A stretch of DNA of 64,000 bases from an uncultured Geobacter sp. Lineage in GTDB: Bacteria > Desulfobacterota > Desulfuromonadia > Geobacterales > CAIOGM01. Position numbers and translations under genes: made by a program. Below the pieces are notes generated by a model. It saw nothing but the letters and a program-made list of their open reading frames with translations, did no database searches and had not been told where the DNA came from. The stretch spans positions 4,857 to 68,856 of the forward strand of contig CAIOGM010000128.1 in NCBI GenBank assembly GCA_903857795.1, written 5' to 3'. Below are positions 9,732 to 17,668 of the stretch, piece by piece (position 1 is the stretch's first letter; the number at the start of each line of letters is the position of its first letter).

Positions 9732-11153
9732 TTACGGGGTCTGCGGAAGGGCTGCGCCCACGTAGCCCGGGTAGACCAGATCGTTGGTCTTGTTCCAGAC
9801 CATCTCGGAAGCAGTCGCCCAATAGGCAGCCTTGGCGGCAGGAATGTTGGCAGGGTTAGATGAGTAGGTGACGAGCTGGGTGAACAGGGTCGCCGGGGCG
9901 GAAGCAGCCGGGGCGTTGGAAGGGCTCAGGTAAAGATTCTGATTGGCGAAAAAGTCGTAGGCGCCGTTGCGGATCGCGTTACGACGACCGAACATTCCAT
10001 TGTATTTTACCGGTACCACGTTGTTGCTTACGCCGGCCACGCCGGTTGACTGATCGGCGTCGGCATACCCGATGGCGCCCCACGCCTTGCCGTTGTTATA
10101 TGACTTGCAGACGCCGGCGGGAACCGCCCCAGCGCAATCGGCCGCCTGGGTCGCCACGGTGCAGGGAGTCCCTGCCTGAACAGCATTACAGGTAAAGGTG
10201 GCGGCGGTAGTATCGCCGTTGACGCAGTTGATCTCGTCGGCGGAGCCATCGTTGAAGTAGATGAACGGACCGGCTAGGTTTTCCACAGAGGCGAGGCTAT
10301 TGGGGAACGCTCCGGTGAATAAGACCTTGTCGATGGTGGCCTGGGTGCCGGAACCGGCGTGACGCAGACAGGCAACCACAGAGGCGGTGGCATCGCCGGT
10401 CACCGAGTAGGAAGCGCCGAAGTCGGTCCAAGCCAGGGCGTTGCCTCCGAAGATATTCACCGCCATTTCGCGGGTGACGTTGTCGAGTGTCCGGGCGGTG
10501 CAGGAGCCGGCGGCACAGTCAACGGCGGCGGTTGCGGAGGTGCAGAGGTTGCCATCGTGGATGCCGCCGGTACACTTCTGAACCTGGATGGCGGAGTTGG
10601 CGAAGAAACCGAAAGGAACAACGATCGGCTGTGCGGGGGCGGCGAGACCGGTGGTCGGAATGCCGTTGAAGGTCCTGACGGTCGCGGCGCCGCCCATGGG
10701 GCCGAGCAGCGCGCCGGTGGAGTTCTGGGTGAACGCCTGACCACTTACGTCGGAGGCGCCGACGTGGATGGGCTGACAGGAGAGCGCGGCGTTGCCGATG
10801 GTGGTGATCATCAGCCGCTGACCAGGCTGGCCGGGACAATCGCCGACGGCAGAGGCGGCTGCAGCTTTGATCCCGTCATAGGAGGCCTTGGAGGAGTAGC
10901 GGATGTTGATGGTGTTGGCGCCGCCGTCACAACCGGTCCCCTGGGTGATCTCATGCTTGCCGGTACTGTCACGGAGCTGACTCGTGGCGGCGCAGCCGCG
11001 GGTAGAGGTGAGGAAACCGGGAGCAGCGGCGTTCCAGAAGGTGAACTGGGCCGAAGCGCCGTAGACGTTGAAGTCGATGACGGCGGCGTTGGCGGTGGCG
11101 CCCATGGCGGTGAGAGCGGCGCCGAGCACAAGAACTTTACTGACCTTTTTCAT
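9732..11153 (-). CDS. secreted PstS-like (PBP_like_2) substrate-binding-fold protein with cysteine-rich insertions
   Basis: It has a signal peptide (MKKVSKVLVLGAALTAMGATANA). PstS-type landmarks are NVYGASAQFTFW, HVGASDVSG, REMAVNIFGG..W, RHAGSGTQATI and GAIGYAD. The mature protein has 14 Cys, concentrated in two inserts (QKCTGGIHDGNLCTSATAAVDCAAGSCTA and EINCVNGDTTAATFTCNAVQAGTPCTVATQAADCAGAVPAGVCKS). No pstCAB genes are nearby. Confidence 0.55.
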   Translation of the reverse strand: MKKVSKVLVLGAALTAMGATANAAVIDFNVYGASAQFTFWNAAAPGFLTSTRGCAATSQLRDSTGKHEITQGTGCDGGANTINIRYSSKASYDGIKAAAASAVGDCPGQPGQRLMITTIGNAALSCQPIHVGASDVSGQAFTQNSTGALLGPMGGAATVRTFNGIPTTGLAAPAQPIVVPFGFFANSAIQVQKCTGGIHDGNLCTSATAAVDCAAGSCTARTLDNVTREMAVNIFGGNALAWTDFGASYSVTGDATASVVACLRHAGSGTQATIDKVLFTGAFPNSLASVENLAGPFIYFNDGSADEINCVNGDTTAATFTCNAVQAGTPCTVATQAADCAGAVPAGVCKSYNNGKAWGAIGYADADQSTGVAGVSNNVVPVKYNGMFGRRNAIRNGAYDFFANQNLYLSPSNAPAASAPATLFTQLVTYSSNPANIPAAKAAYWATASEMVWNKTNDLVYPGYVGAALPQTP

Positions 11154-11215
11154 TGTAAATCCCCTTTGATCGTTATTGAGTCGTTCCGGTACGAGCCGGG
11201 CCGGAGTGATACGGC

Positions 11216-11244
11216 CCCCTTGCGTGGCTCATCCACGCAAGGGG
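11216..11244 (-). terminator. 12-bp GC-rich hairpin just downstream of the PEP-CTERM gene (no U-tract; attenuator/RNA-stabilising stem or weak terminator)
   Basis: CCCCTTGCGTGG-CTCAT-CCACGCAAGGGG is a perfect 12-bp stem, 15 nt after the stop at 11259. Confidence 0.35.
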
Positions 11245-11258
11245 TGCAGCGGATAGGA

Positions 11259-12047
11259 TTAAACGTTCATTTTACGGCGAACACCGAAGATGCCGAGGAG
11301 ACCCGAACCCATCAGGAAGAAGGCGGGGGGGACCGGAACCGCCGCAGCGTTGCCATTACCAAGGACCGTGGTGCCGTCAGCCATGGTCCGGACGGTGAAG
11401 GAAGGAGCGGCGGCGGTCAAAGCGTTGTTGGCGGCCAAGTTGGCGCCGGCCCAGGTGAAGATATTCTGGTCCAAGTAGCCGGTGGTGGCGAGGGCGGCCA
11501 GGTTCAGGACGCCGCCCGGGTTGGTGGCGGCAGTGACCCATGAGCCATAATCGCCGGCGCCTACGACCGAATTGCCGGCTTTAACGAAGAAGGTATTTCC
11601 TGCGGTTTTGTCGGCAAGAAGCGCCGAGTTGGTGCCGGAAATCACGTTGGCGGCATAGTTGGTTAAGGCTCCGCCCAGAGCACTGTTCGTACCGCTGAAT
11701 TTGCGCGAGCCGGAGGTCATACTCGCGGCGGTGATGTCCGCTGCAATAGCAACCTGATTGGCGCCCGCAGTTGCATCAATGAGATAGTACCCCACATACA
11801 GATTGCCCAGCGAAGCGGCGCCGGTGTTGGCAAGGGTAAAGGCGTCCACGCCGCCCCCGACCACCGTACCGTTAGTGGCGCCGGTGATGGTGGCCCAGGA
11901 GCCGAGGTCGGTGGCGTACTCCTTGGCGCCAACCGAGTCGTACACTACCCGGATGAGGTCGCCTTGCACAAAGGCGGCCATGGCGGTTCCGGCAAAGCTG
12001 ACGGTCATCAGCGCCGCGGCTAAAAGTGCTACCAGTTTCTTTTTCAT
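11259..12047 (-). CDS. PEP-CTERM sorting-domain protein (exosortase substrate), Gly/Ala/Thr-rich
   Basis: It has a signal peptide (MKKKLVALLAAALMTVSFAGTAMA). The C-terminus, VPVPPAFFLMGSGLLGIFGVRRKMNV, is a PEP-like motif (VPxPP variant) plus a hydrophobic helix and a basic tail. This is the classic PEP-CTERM architecture. Confidence 0.8.
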   Translation of the reverse strand: MKKKLVALLAAALMTVSFAGTAMAAFVQGDLIRVVYDSVGAKEYATDLGSWATITGATNGTVVGGGVDAFTLANTGAASLGNLYVGYYLIDATAGANQVAIAADITAASMTSGSRKFSGTNSALGGALTNYAANVISGTNSALLADKTAGNTFFVKAGNSVVGAGDYGSWVTAATNPGGVLNLAALATTGYLDQNIFTWAGANLAANNALTAAAPSFTVRTMADGTTVLGNGNAAAVPVPPAFFLMGSGLLGIFGVRRKMNV

Positions 12048-12155
12048 CTTCTCTCTCCTTATCAGTTCAGGTTAGGTGGTGGCGCTGCGGCGATCCAGGC
12101 TGCAACCAGTTGAATGTGCTCTTTTCCCTTTATTTTTCGACCTCCATTCCGGGCG

Positions 12156-12198
12156 ATAAAAAGCCCGCACAATCGCCTGAGGCGATCACTGCGGGCTT
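12156..12198 (-). terminator. rho-independent terminator after the 44-aa sORF
   Basis: The minus strand reads GCCCGCAGTGATCGCC-TCA-GGCGATTGTGCGGGC followed by TTTTTAT. The stem is 7+6 bp with an internal mismatch loop. Confidence 0.7.
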
Positions 12199-12277
12199 TC
12201 CGGGGCCTGGTAGAACCAGGTCGGTTAGGTCCCTGTGCAATCCGGTTTCGAGCTCTCCGACAGTCGGAGAACCGATG

Positions 12278-12412
12278 CTACTTCTTGAGGACTTCCTCAA
12301 ACTTTTCGACCCTGCTGATGCCACCCTGGCTGAAATTGATCTTGAGGTAGCCGGTGAACTGCCCCTTGATAAGGTCTTTCACCAACTCCATAATCTTTTC
12401 AAATCGCTCCAT
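12278..12412 (-). CDS. unannotated small ORF, 44 aa, unknown function
   Basis: Below the ORF-track size cutoff. ATG at 12412 is preceded by GAGG 8 nt upstream. Product: MERFEKIMELVKDLIKGQFTGYLKINFSQGGISRVEKFEEVLKK. It is followed by its own terminator (12156..12198). Confidence 0.5.
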   Translation of the reverse strand: MERFEKIMELVKDLIKGQFTGYLKINFSQGGISRVEKFEEVLKK

Positions 12413-12501
12413 TGACCGACCTCATGACCCGAGCCTTCTTCGCGCCCAAGCTTCGCATTGCGCCGAAAAACCGGACACTGTGTACCATCAACTGCATCTA
12501 T

Positions 12502-12522
12502 CATGAGTCTACGATACTCATG
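12502..12522. promoter_or_regulatory. perfect 7-N7-7 palindrome CATGAGT-CTACGAT-ACTCATG, candidate operator
   Basis: Read directly from the sequence. It lies 90-110 nt upstream of the sORF start, in a lower-GC intergenic region. Confidence 0.3.
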
Positions 12523-12618
12523 TTGCAGTTATGCGGAGATTGGATAAAAAGTGTGTCAACGGCGAGTCCGGGTTCATTTTTTCTGTAACCATTCTTAAAA
12601 CCATGCGGGTGTGGATTT

Positions 12619-13944
12619 TCAGGACGGCATTCTCTGAAACCGGCAGAGTTCGTCCGGTTGCGGCTCCGGCGACAACGTTACAAACGTGGCGCCAGCCAGC
12701 GCAAAAACATACAACCCGAATTCCGTCACATAATTGAGCGAGTTGTCCGTCGCCAGCGTCACCGCATAGAAGGCAAGTGCGCCAAGCCCGGTGGCGGCAA
12801 ACTGTCTACCCAGTGGATCATCCGCTCTAAAAAACCTCATGACCATCCCTGCGGTGATTTGGCCAAGCGCCCCAAGATAGAGCAAGAGACCTGTTACCCC
12901 CACATCACAGAGAAGCCGCAGGTACTCGGAGTGCAACTTCATCTTCTGTTGCAACCAGGTATCGACCGCTCCAACTCCACCCCCCAGCAAAATATCCTTC
13001 CCGAGAAATTGCGCGGCGGCCTGCTTCCATAACAAGGTGCGCCCGGATGTGTGCACCAGATTATCAAGATTCTTCGGGTCTGTTTTGACAAGCGCCTCCA
13101 GAGTGACGTGGGACGACTTGAACATTCTGGTGCGAAAACTCTCCACCGTAAAGAAGACGGTGACAAATATCACCACAATGAACAGCGGGAACAGAATTTT
13201 CGGTGCCAGGGAACGCGCCATGAGAAAGATAATAATTCCGGTACCGACCACGATACCCAGCATGGATATTCTGACGAAGGCGAGAAAAACGGCCACGACA
13301 AGGACAACATATATGGCCATGAAGATGAATTTACGGTTTGCAAACCAGTATCCAAGAGCGAGCAGCGCACCGCTGCCCAAGAGGAAGGAAAAAGTGGCAG
13401 GACTCATGTAGGGGGCAGTAAACGAGTGGGTGGTCGCCAATTGGTACTCTCTGCCTTCCTGTACATAGAGAGCGCCTCTGGTCAAGGTGTTTACCACGGC
13501 GAGGATCAGAACCGCGAAGCAGCAGAGGAAGATGGCGCGTGTAGCGCTCTTCAGATCTTCTTCACTCCGGAGGATCAGTTGTAGCGCAAAAAAGAACAGA
13601 AACGGCGCCGCAAGCTTCATGAGCATTCGCAAGCCAATAGCCACATCAGTGGCCCATGACAACGTAATCAGGGAGTAGAAGAGAAACAGGGAGACCGCCC
13701 AGAAGCGGACCGACAGCTCCATGACACCCTGAACATAAAAGAGCAGCGCCAGCAACGTCACCGACATCAGGAGGAAGAGGTAGGCCGCCTGGGGGCTCAC
13801 CCCAAGAAAAATCGCCTTGGGCATGAAGAGGGTATAGGGGATGCCGCCGGTGAGAAGTAACCCGAACACAAGATGACGGCGTGAAGAGAGCGCCAGAATG
13901 ATCAGGCCACCGAAGAGGAAAAAAAGTAAGACGGAAGAAATCAC
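12619..13944 (-). CDS. O-antigen ligase/polymerase-like membrane protein (Wzy_C domain; exosortase-locus type)
   Basis: 441 aa with about 10-12 TM helices. It has the loop GRTLLWKQAAAQFLGKDILLGGGVG and HSEYLRLLCDVGVTGLLLY, typical of the Wzy_C/O-antigen ligase family. GTG start. Confidence 0.7.
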   Translation of the reverse strand: MISSVLLFFLFGGLIILALSSRRHLVFGLLLTGGIPYTLFMPKAIFLGVSPQAAYLFLLMSVTLLALLFYVQGVMELSVRFWAVSLFLFYSLITLSWATDVAIGLRMLMKLAAPFLFFFALQLILRSEEDLKSATRAIFLCCFAVLILAVVNTLTRGALYVQEGREYQLATTHSFTAPYMSPATFSFLLGSGALLALGYWFANRKFIFMAIYVVLVVAVFLAFVRISMLGIVVGTGIIIFLMARSLAPKILFPLFIVVIFVTVFFTVESFRTRMFKSSHVTLEALVKTDPKNLDNLVHTSGRTLLWKQAAAQFLGKDILLGGGVGAVDTWLQQKMKLHSEYLRLLCDVGVTGLLLYLGALGQITAGMVMRFFRADDPLGRQFAATGLGALAFYAVTLATDNSLNYVTEFGLYVFALAGATFVTLSPEPQPDELCRFQRMPS

Positions 13945-14083
13945 AAAATAAACCTTTCCGATGAGTATGACCGGCTCTTATTTTTACGAAACTGCAACAA
14001 AACCATAAAACCATCACAACGGTGAAAGTCCATTATGCCTCTACGCGCTTGAACCCATTTCTACAGCACGGGAGAATTATCCG

Positions 14084-14443
14084 ATGAAAAAAGCGGCATT
14101 ACTCTGCTGTCTCATGGCGATCCCCGCCTTTGCATCCGCCGATTCCACGATAACTGAGGAGCAGGACCGGATCATCGTCGAAATAACCGGTTCCCCTTCG
14201 GAAAACCGGGCAATAGATGCGGGCGCTCCAACCGCAGGTTCGTCTTCGGTTCAGGTTCAGGAAGATACTTCGTATGTCAATTCGGGAATCGACCGTCTCC
14301 ACACGGAACAGAACCAAATCCGACAACAGGCATATGAAGGAGAGCCGGTTGAGGATGCACGGCGCAGGAGAATCAGAATGTCGGACATTGCCAACGAAAT
14401 AAAAGAGCTGCAGAAACGTCGACTGTCTCCCGCCCCAGAGTAG
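14084..14443 (+). CDS. small secreted hypothetical protein
   Basis: It has a signal peptide (MKKAALLCCLMAIPAFASA) and an acidic/charged body, with no recognisable domain. It is the only plus-strand gene in the first 55 kb. Confidence 0.5.
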   Translation: MKKAALLCCLMAIPAFASADSTITEEQDRIIVEITGSPSENRAIDAGAPTAGSSSVQVQEDTSYVNSGIDRLHTEQNQIRQQAYEGEPVEDARRRRIRMSDIANEIKELQKRRLSPAPE

Positions 14444-14451
14444 GGACGCGA

Positions 14452-14548
14452 AAAACCATTCAAAATCAGCACACGGATGACACGGATGACACGGATAAAG
14501 GAGGCGCCTTTATCCGTGTCATCCGTGTGAAACGGTTTTGAATTTTTC
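14452..14548. terminator. long bidirectional terminator hairpin containing a 9-nt tandem repeat
   Basis: A 22-bp perfect stem pairs ACACGGATGACACGGATAAAGG (14480-14501) with CCTTTATCCGTGTCATCCGTGT (14507-14528). It is extended by ATTCAAAA/TTTTGAAT and flanked by A5 and T5 runs. The left arm carries 3 copies of ACACGGAT[G/A] and the right arm 2. It lies between convergent genes. Confidence 0.7.
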
Positions 14549-14586
14549 GAGTTTGCTCAGAAAGGGTGAAGAGTGAAGTTGTCAGT

Positions 14587-16527
14587 CTAAAACTTCCCAT
14601 TGAGGTCGATCTGCAAGACATTGACCCCCAGCGGCGGTCCGGTAATTTCATTTGATGAGAGCCATCGCATTTTTAACCAGAAGTTTTTCGCCAACCCAAG
14701 TTCGCCTCCCAGTATCCACCCCTTGGCGTTGGTCCCCCCCAGTGCGAAATCGGTATCGGTAAAGGCGTCCATGACGGCGTCCGCGCCGAGGTATTTGTAG
14801 AACAGAAACGCCCTCCACTCCCCGAACGACTCCAGTTGAGGATGTCCGAACACGGCGCCTACCTGGAAGCCATTAACATCTGCCTCCAAGCTCGGGTCGA
14901 GTGTTTTCGTTTTAGCCTGATTCAGATCGAATCCGAGGTTGCGCACGTAGTCGCCGATAATCACCAGATGGCGGCGCTCCCAAAATCCGAGATCCACCGA
15001 AGCAGTGACATTCAACTCGTGATATGAGGACGCCAGGGCCAGCTGGTAGCCGGTGGTCGGGTCGACATCGAAGTAGGTGTTACCTTTCTGCGTGAAACCG
15101 GGCAAGGTGGAATTAGGCGCGACACTGTTCGGGTTGGAAAAATCCCCCGTGACATTGTCGAAGTAGTAGTAGGCAAGCCCCATTTTGACATTTACTTCCT
15201 TGCGGGGTTGATACTGAACGCCGGCCTGACCGCCGAAGAGCCATTTATCTTTGGTGGTGTAGTCAAACTCCTGGAGGGGGAATACCCCTGCGGTAAAGAA
15301 CCCGCCTACATTTGAAGATAACGGTACGCTGCTCTGCAGTACCATCCCGTCAAAGGTCAGATTAGGTGACCAGACAAGATCGGTGCAGAAGAACGGATTA
15401 GGGATTCGTCCGCCCCACAGGGAGATATCTTTGGCGGGGGTCCACTTCAGATAGGCAAGATCCATGATAGTGCTGTATTTCTTTTCATAATTGCCCATGG
15501 TCTGGTTATTGGTGACCGGATTGTCCAGATTACCGGTCGCCAGTCGGATCATGGCCTCGATTTCATCGGATATCTTGACCGAGACCCCCAGCCTGGCCCT
15601 CATCAGAAAGCGGTTCCTGTCCACGGTGGTGTTGTACAGTATCAATCCGGTGGCGGGACTGTAGGGGATATAATTATTCGCGGAGAAAAAATCGCCCTCA
15701 TACCGGAGGCGGATATCGCCGCTCAGCTTGAAGCGTTTGACCCATTCCGGCAGGGCGTTGGCCTTGGCCTGCTGCTCCATCGCCTCCTTGACCTCATTCT
15801 TGATATCGGTCTGAACATCCTTGTGCACCTGCCGAACGTACCCCTGCTCCCTCTGGTCCAGCGCCGTTTGCACCACGCCCGTCAGATGATTCTGGTGATA
15901 TCGGGCGTCCAGCTGGGTGGCTTCTTCGGGGCTGAGCACGCCTGTGGCGCGCAGCCTGGTAATGGCCAGGCCGATGTCCGCCGGTTCCCCGAGCATCGCC
16001 GGGAAATCAGCGGCCTCATTGCCGGCGGCCAGCCACTGGCGACGTAACTGCTCGATAAGAGCAGCGTCTTCCTCCGGCAGAGCCAGGTGATTCGCTGACA
16101 CTTCGGCCGCGGCCGGTTTCTCTGTTCCCTTTCCGCCACCGGCGGCAAGATTTTGCTGCCGGCGTTGACGCAAGCCGTCGGCCTCGGGAGGCTTGATCAC
16201 TCCCCGCTCTTGCAGGAGATCAACAATGGCGAGAAAATCGTCACCCCCCGTTCCCTTGCCGACTTTTTTGGTCAATGCATCGGCATCATCTTGCCTGATG
16301 ATCTTTTTCTGGACAAGCAGCTCCAATAATGGCCCGACAATCCCCGCGGAGTCAGCGGCGGGCCGAGCATCAGCGCTGCAGGAAACACCGGCAAAGAGCA
16401 GAGTGGCACAGGTGGCAATCAGCGCACCTCGGCAAAACGTCCGCAATCGGTCGGAAACACGAATAATCGCACTGCTCTCGGCTTTTCGACTCACAACTCT
16501 CTTCTGATTCATACGATGACCTTTCAC
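14587..16527 (-). CDS. outer-membrane beta-barrel protein (putative porin family, no plug domain) with ~250-aa N-terminal periplasmic extension
   Basis: 646 aa with a signal segment (ATCATLLFAGVSCSADA). The N-terminal region has three short repeats (KKIIRQDDADAL, RGVIKPPEADGL, TGVLSPEEATQL). The C-terminal ~380 aa has an alternating beta-strand pattern ending in LNGKF. Its start overlaps the tonB-like stop (ATGA). Confidence 0.6.
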   Translation of the reverse strand: MKGHRMNQKRVVSRKAESSAIIRVSDRLRTFCRGALIATCATLLFAGVSCSADARPAADSAGIVGPLLELLVQKKIIRQDDADALTKKVGKGTGGDDFLAIVDLLQERGVIKPPEADGLRQRRQQNLAAGGGKGTEKPAAAEVSANHLALPEEDAALIEQLRRQWLAAGNEAADFPAMLGEPADIGLAITRLRATGVLSPEEATQLDARYHQNHLTGVVQTALDQREQGYVRQVHKDVQTDIKNEVKEAMEQQAKANALPEWVKRFKLSGDIRLRYEGDFFSANNYIPYSPATGLILYNTTVDRNRFLMRARLGVSVKISDEIEAMIRLATGNLDNPVTNNQTMGNYEKKYSTIMDLAYLKWTPAKDISLWGGRIPNPFFCTDLVWSPNLTFDGMVLQSSVPLSSNVGGFFTAGVFPLQEFDYTTKDKWLFGGQAGVQYQPRKEVNVKMGLAYYYFDNVTGDFSNPNSVAPNSTLPGFTQKGNTYFDVDPTTGYQLALASSYHELNVTASVDLGFWERRHLVIIGDYVRNLGFDLNQAKTKTLDPSLEADVNGFQVGAVFGHPQLESFGEWRAFLFYKYLGADAVMDAFTDTDFALGGTNAKGWILGGELGLAKNFWLKMRWLSSNEITGPPLGVNVLQIDLNGKF

Positions 16528-17255
16528 CCTTGTGATGATACCTTGATTGTCATGCCGCTGGGCATCCCTTCGGGCGGCGCTTCTGTCATTCTGATGGCGC
16601 TCACTGTCTCCCTGACAGCCTTGTCCATCCGGTCATTACCGGATGGACCCACAATTCGGTACTCAATGATGGCGCCTTTGGGGTCGAGCGTGATCTTGAC
16701 CAGAGTCTGATATTTCCCCTTGGGAAATCCGCCATCCAGGTCCAGGCGTTTCTTGACCTGCGCTCGAATCTCGTCCTGGATTTTTCTCGTGTACCAGCCG
16801 TATTTTGCCAAAAGCGACAACCTGCCCGCGCTGCCGGCGCCGGTTCCTCCACCTATGAGGGCTCGCCCCCCTTTACCCTTGCCCACTAGGCCGAAACCGT
16901 CGGAACCTGCCCCCCCCTCCCCTTCGACCCCGAGGTCGGCGCCAGCGGGCGTGTTATCCTGAGGAGAGTCTTGTGGAGAGTTCCGGGGCGTTTCGATGAC
17001 TTGCTCCACACTCTGCTTGGGCAGTTCCTTCTGAACTTCCGGCTCCGGCACTTTTTCCTTGACCGGTGGCGGAGGCCTGAGCAGAGCGATGTTGGCGATG
17101 TTATTTTTTCGCCTCGGCCCCACCTCGGTGGTCACGACTTTGATCGCAAACAGGATAATTCCTGATACTACCAGCCCGAGACAGCCGAAGAGCACCCAGT
17201 TGGCGACATTGTCGCCACGCCGCTTTTTCTTTTTTACCACGGGAAAACTCCTCAT
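16524..17255 (-). CDS. TonB/TolA-like energy-transducer protein
   Basis: It has an N-terminal basic segment plus one TM helix (WVLFGCLGLVVSGIILFAI). A Pro/Glu/Lys-rich spacer (RPPPPVKEKVPEPEVQKELPK) and a Gly-rich linker follow. The C-terminal ~90 aa looks like TonB_C (GKYQTLVKITLDPKGAIIEYRIVGPSGNDRMDKAV). The TM helix has no His of the TonB SxxxH motif. Confidence 0.65.
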   Translation of the reverse strand: MRSFPVVKKKKRRGDNVANWVLFGCLGLVVSGIILFAIKVVTTEVGPRRKNNIANIALLRPPPPVKEKVPEPEVQKELPKQSVEQVIETPRNSPQDSPQDNTPAGADLGVEGEGGAGSDGFGLVGKGKGGRALIGGGTGAGSAGRLSLLAKYGWYTRKIQDEIRAQVKKRLDLDGGFPKGKYQTLVKITLDPKGAIIEYRIVGPSGNDRMDKAVRETVSAIRMTEAPPEGMPSGMTIKVSSQG

Positions 17256-17260
17256 TATTG

Positions 17261-17668
17261 CTACTTCACCAGCTTCTGGGTAACCAGACCCAACTGGGTG
17301 ATCTCCAGTTTCTGGAGGAGGTCGAGCACCTCGATGATATTCTTGTAGGTCACCTTTTCATCCCCCCTGACCACCACCGGCAGGTTAGGATCACCGGCTT
17401 TGTACGAACGGAGCTTCGACTCCAGTTCCGTGAGGGAAACAGGGAAACTGTCAAGGAAGATGGTGCCGTCGGCGGTCACCGTGATCGCCCGGGTGCTAGG
17501 CTTGATCTTACTGGCGGTAGAACTGGCCTTCGGCAGATTTACGCTGATCCCCTGCACCGATGCTGTCACCACTATCATGAAGACAACGAGGAGGTTCCAG
17601 GCCAGGTCCAAGAGCGGAACGACATTTATTTCGACAATATCTTCATGATCGTCCGATGGCCCTGTCAT
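17261..17668 (-). CDS. exbD: ExbD/TolR family biopolymer transport protein
   Basis: 135 aa. INVVPLLDLAWNLLVVFMIV carries the conserved TM Asp, followed by a periplasmic ExbD fold (ITVTADGTIFLD...VVVRGDEKVTYKNIIEVLDLL). The start overlaps the exbB-like stop (ATGA). Confidence 0.85.
   Translation of the reverse strand: MTGPSDDHEDIVEINVVPLLDLAWNLLVVFMIVVTASVQGISVNLPKASSTASKIKPSTRAITVTADGTIFLDSFPVSLTELESKLRSYKAGDPNLPVVVRGDEKVTYKNIIEVLDLLQKLEITQLGLVTQKLVK

Noticed and set aside
10359-11543. 394-aa plus-strand ORF, and similar long antisense ORFs at 35012..36244, 37705..38859, 42264..43304, 45582..46697, 50315..51757, 51754..53355 and 60978..62045
   Set aside because: All lie exactly opposite well-supported genes. 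Their compositions are Arg/Gly/Pro/Asp-rich and low-complexity, typical of GC-driven shadow frames. They lack signal peptides, motifs and RBS context, and some span two real genes.
12048-12155. Sigma-54 promoter (TGGCAC-N5-TTGC) upstream of the PEP-CTERM gene, and likewise upstream of the TPS cluster at 32238..32300
   Set aside because: Near-matches (CTGGTTGCAGCCTGG; CCTGCCGTTGCAA) do not have the GG-N10-GC spacing, so I report no promoter.
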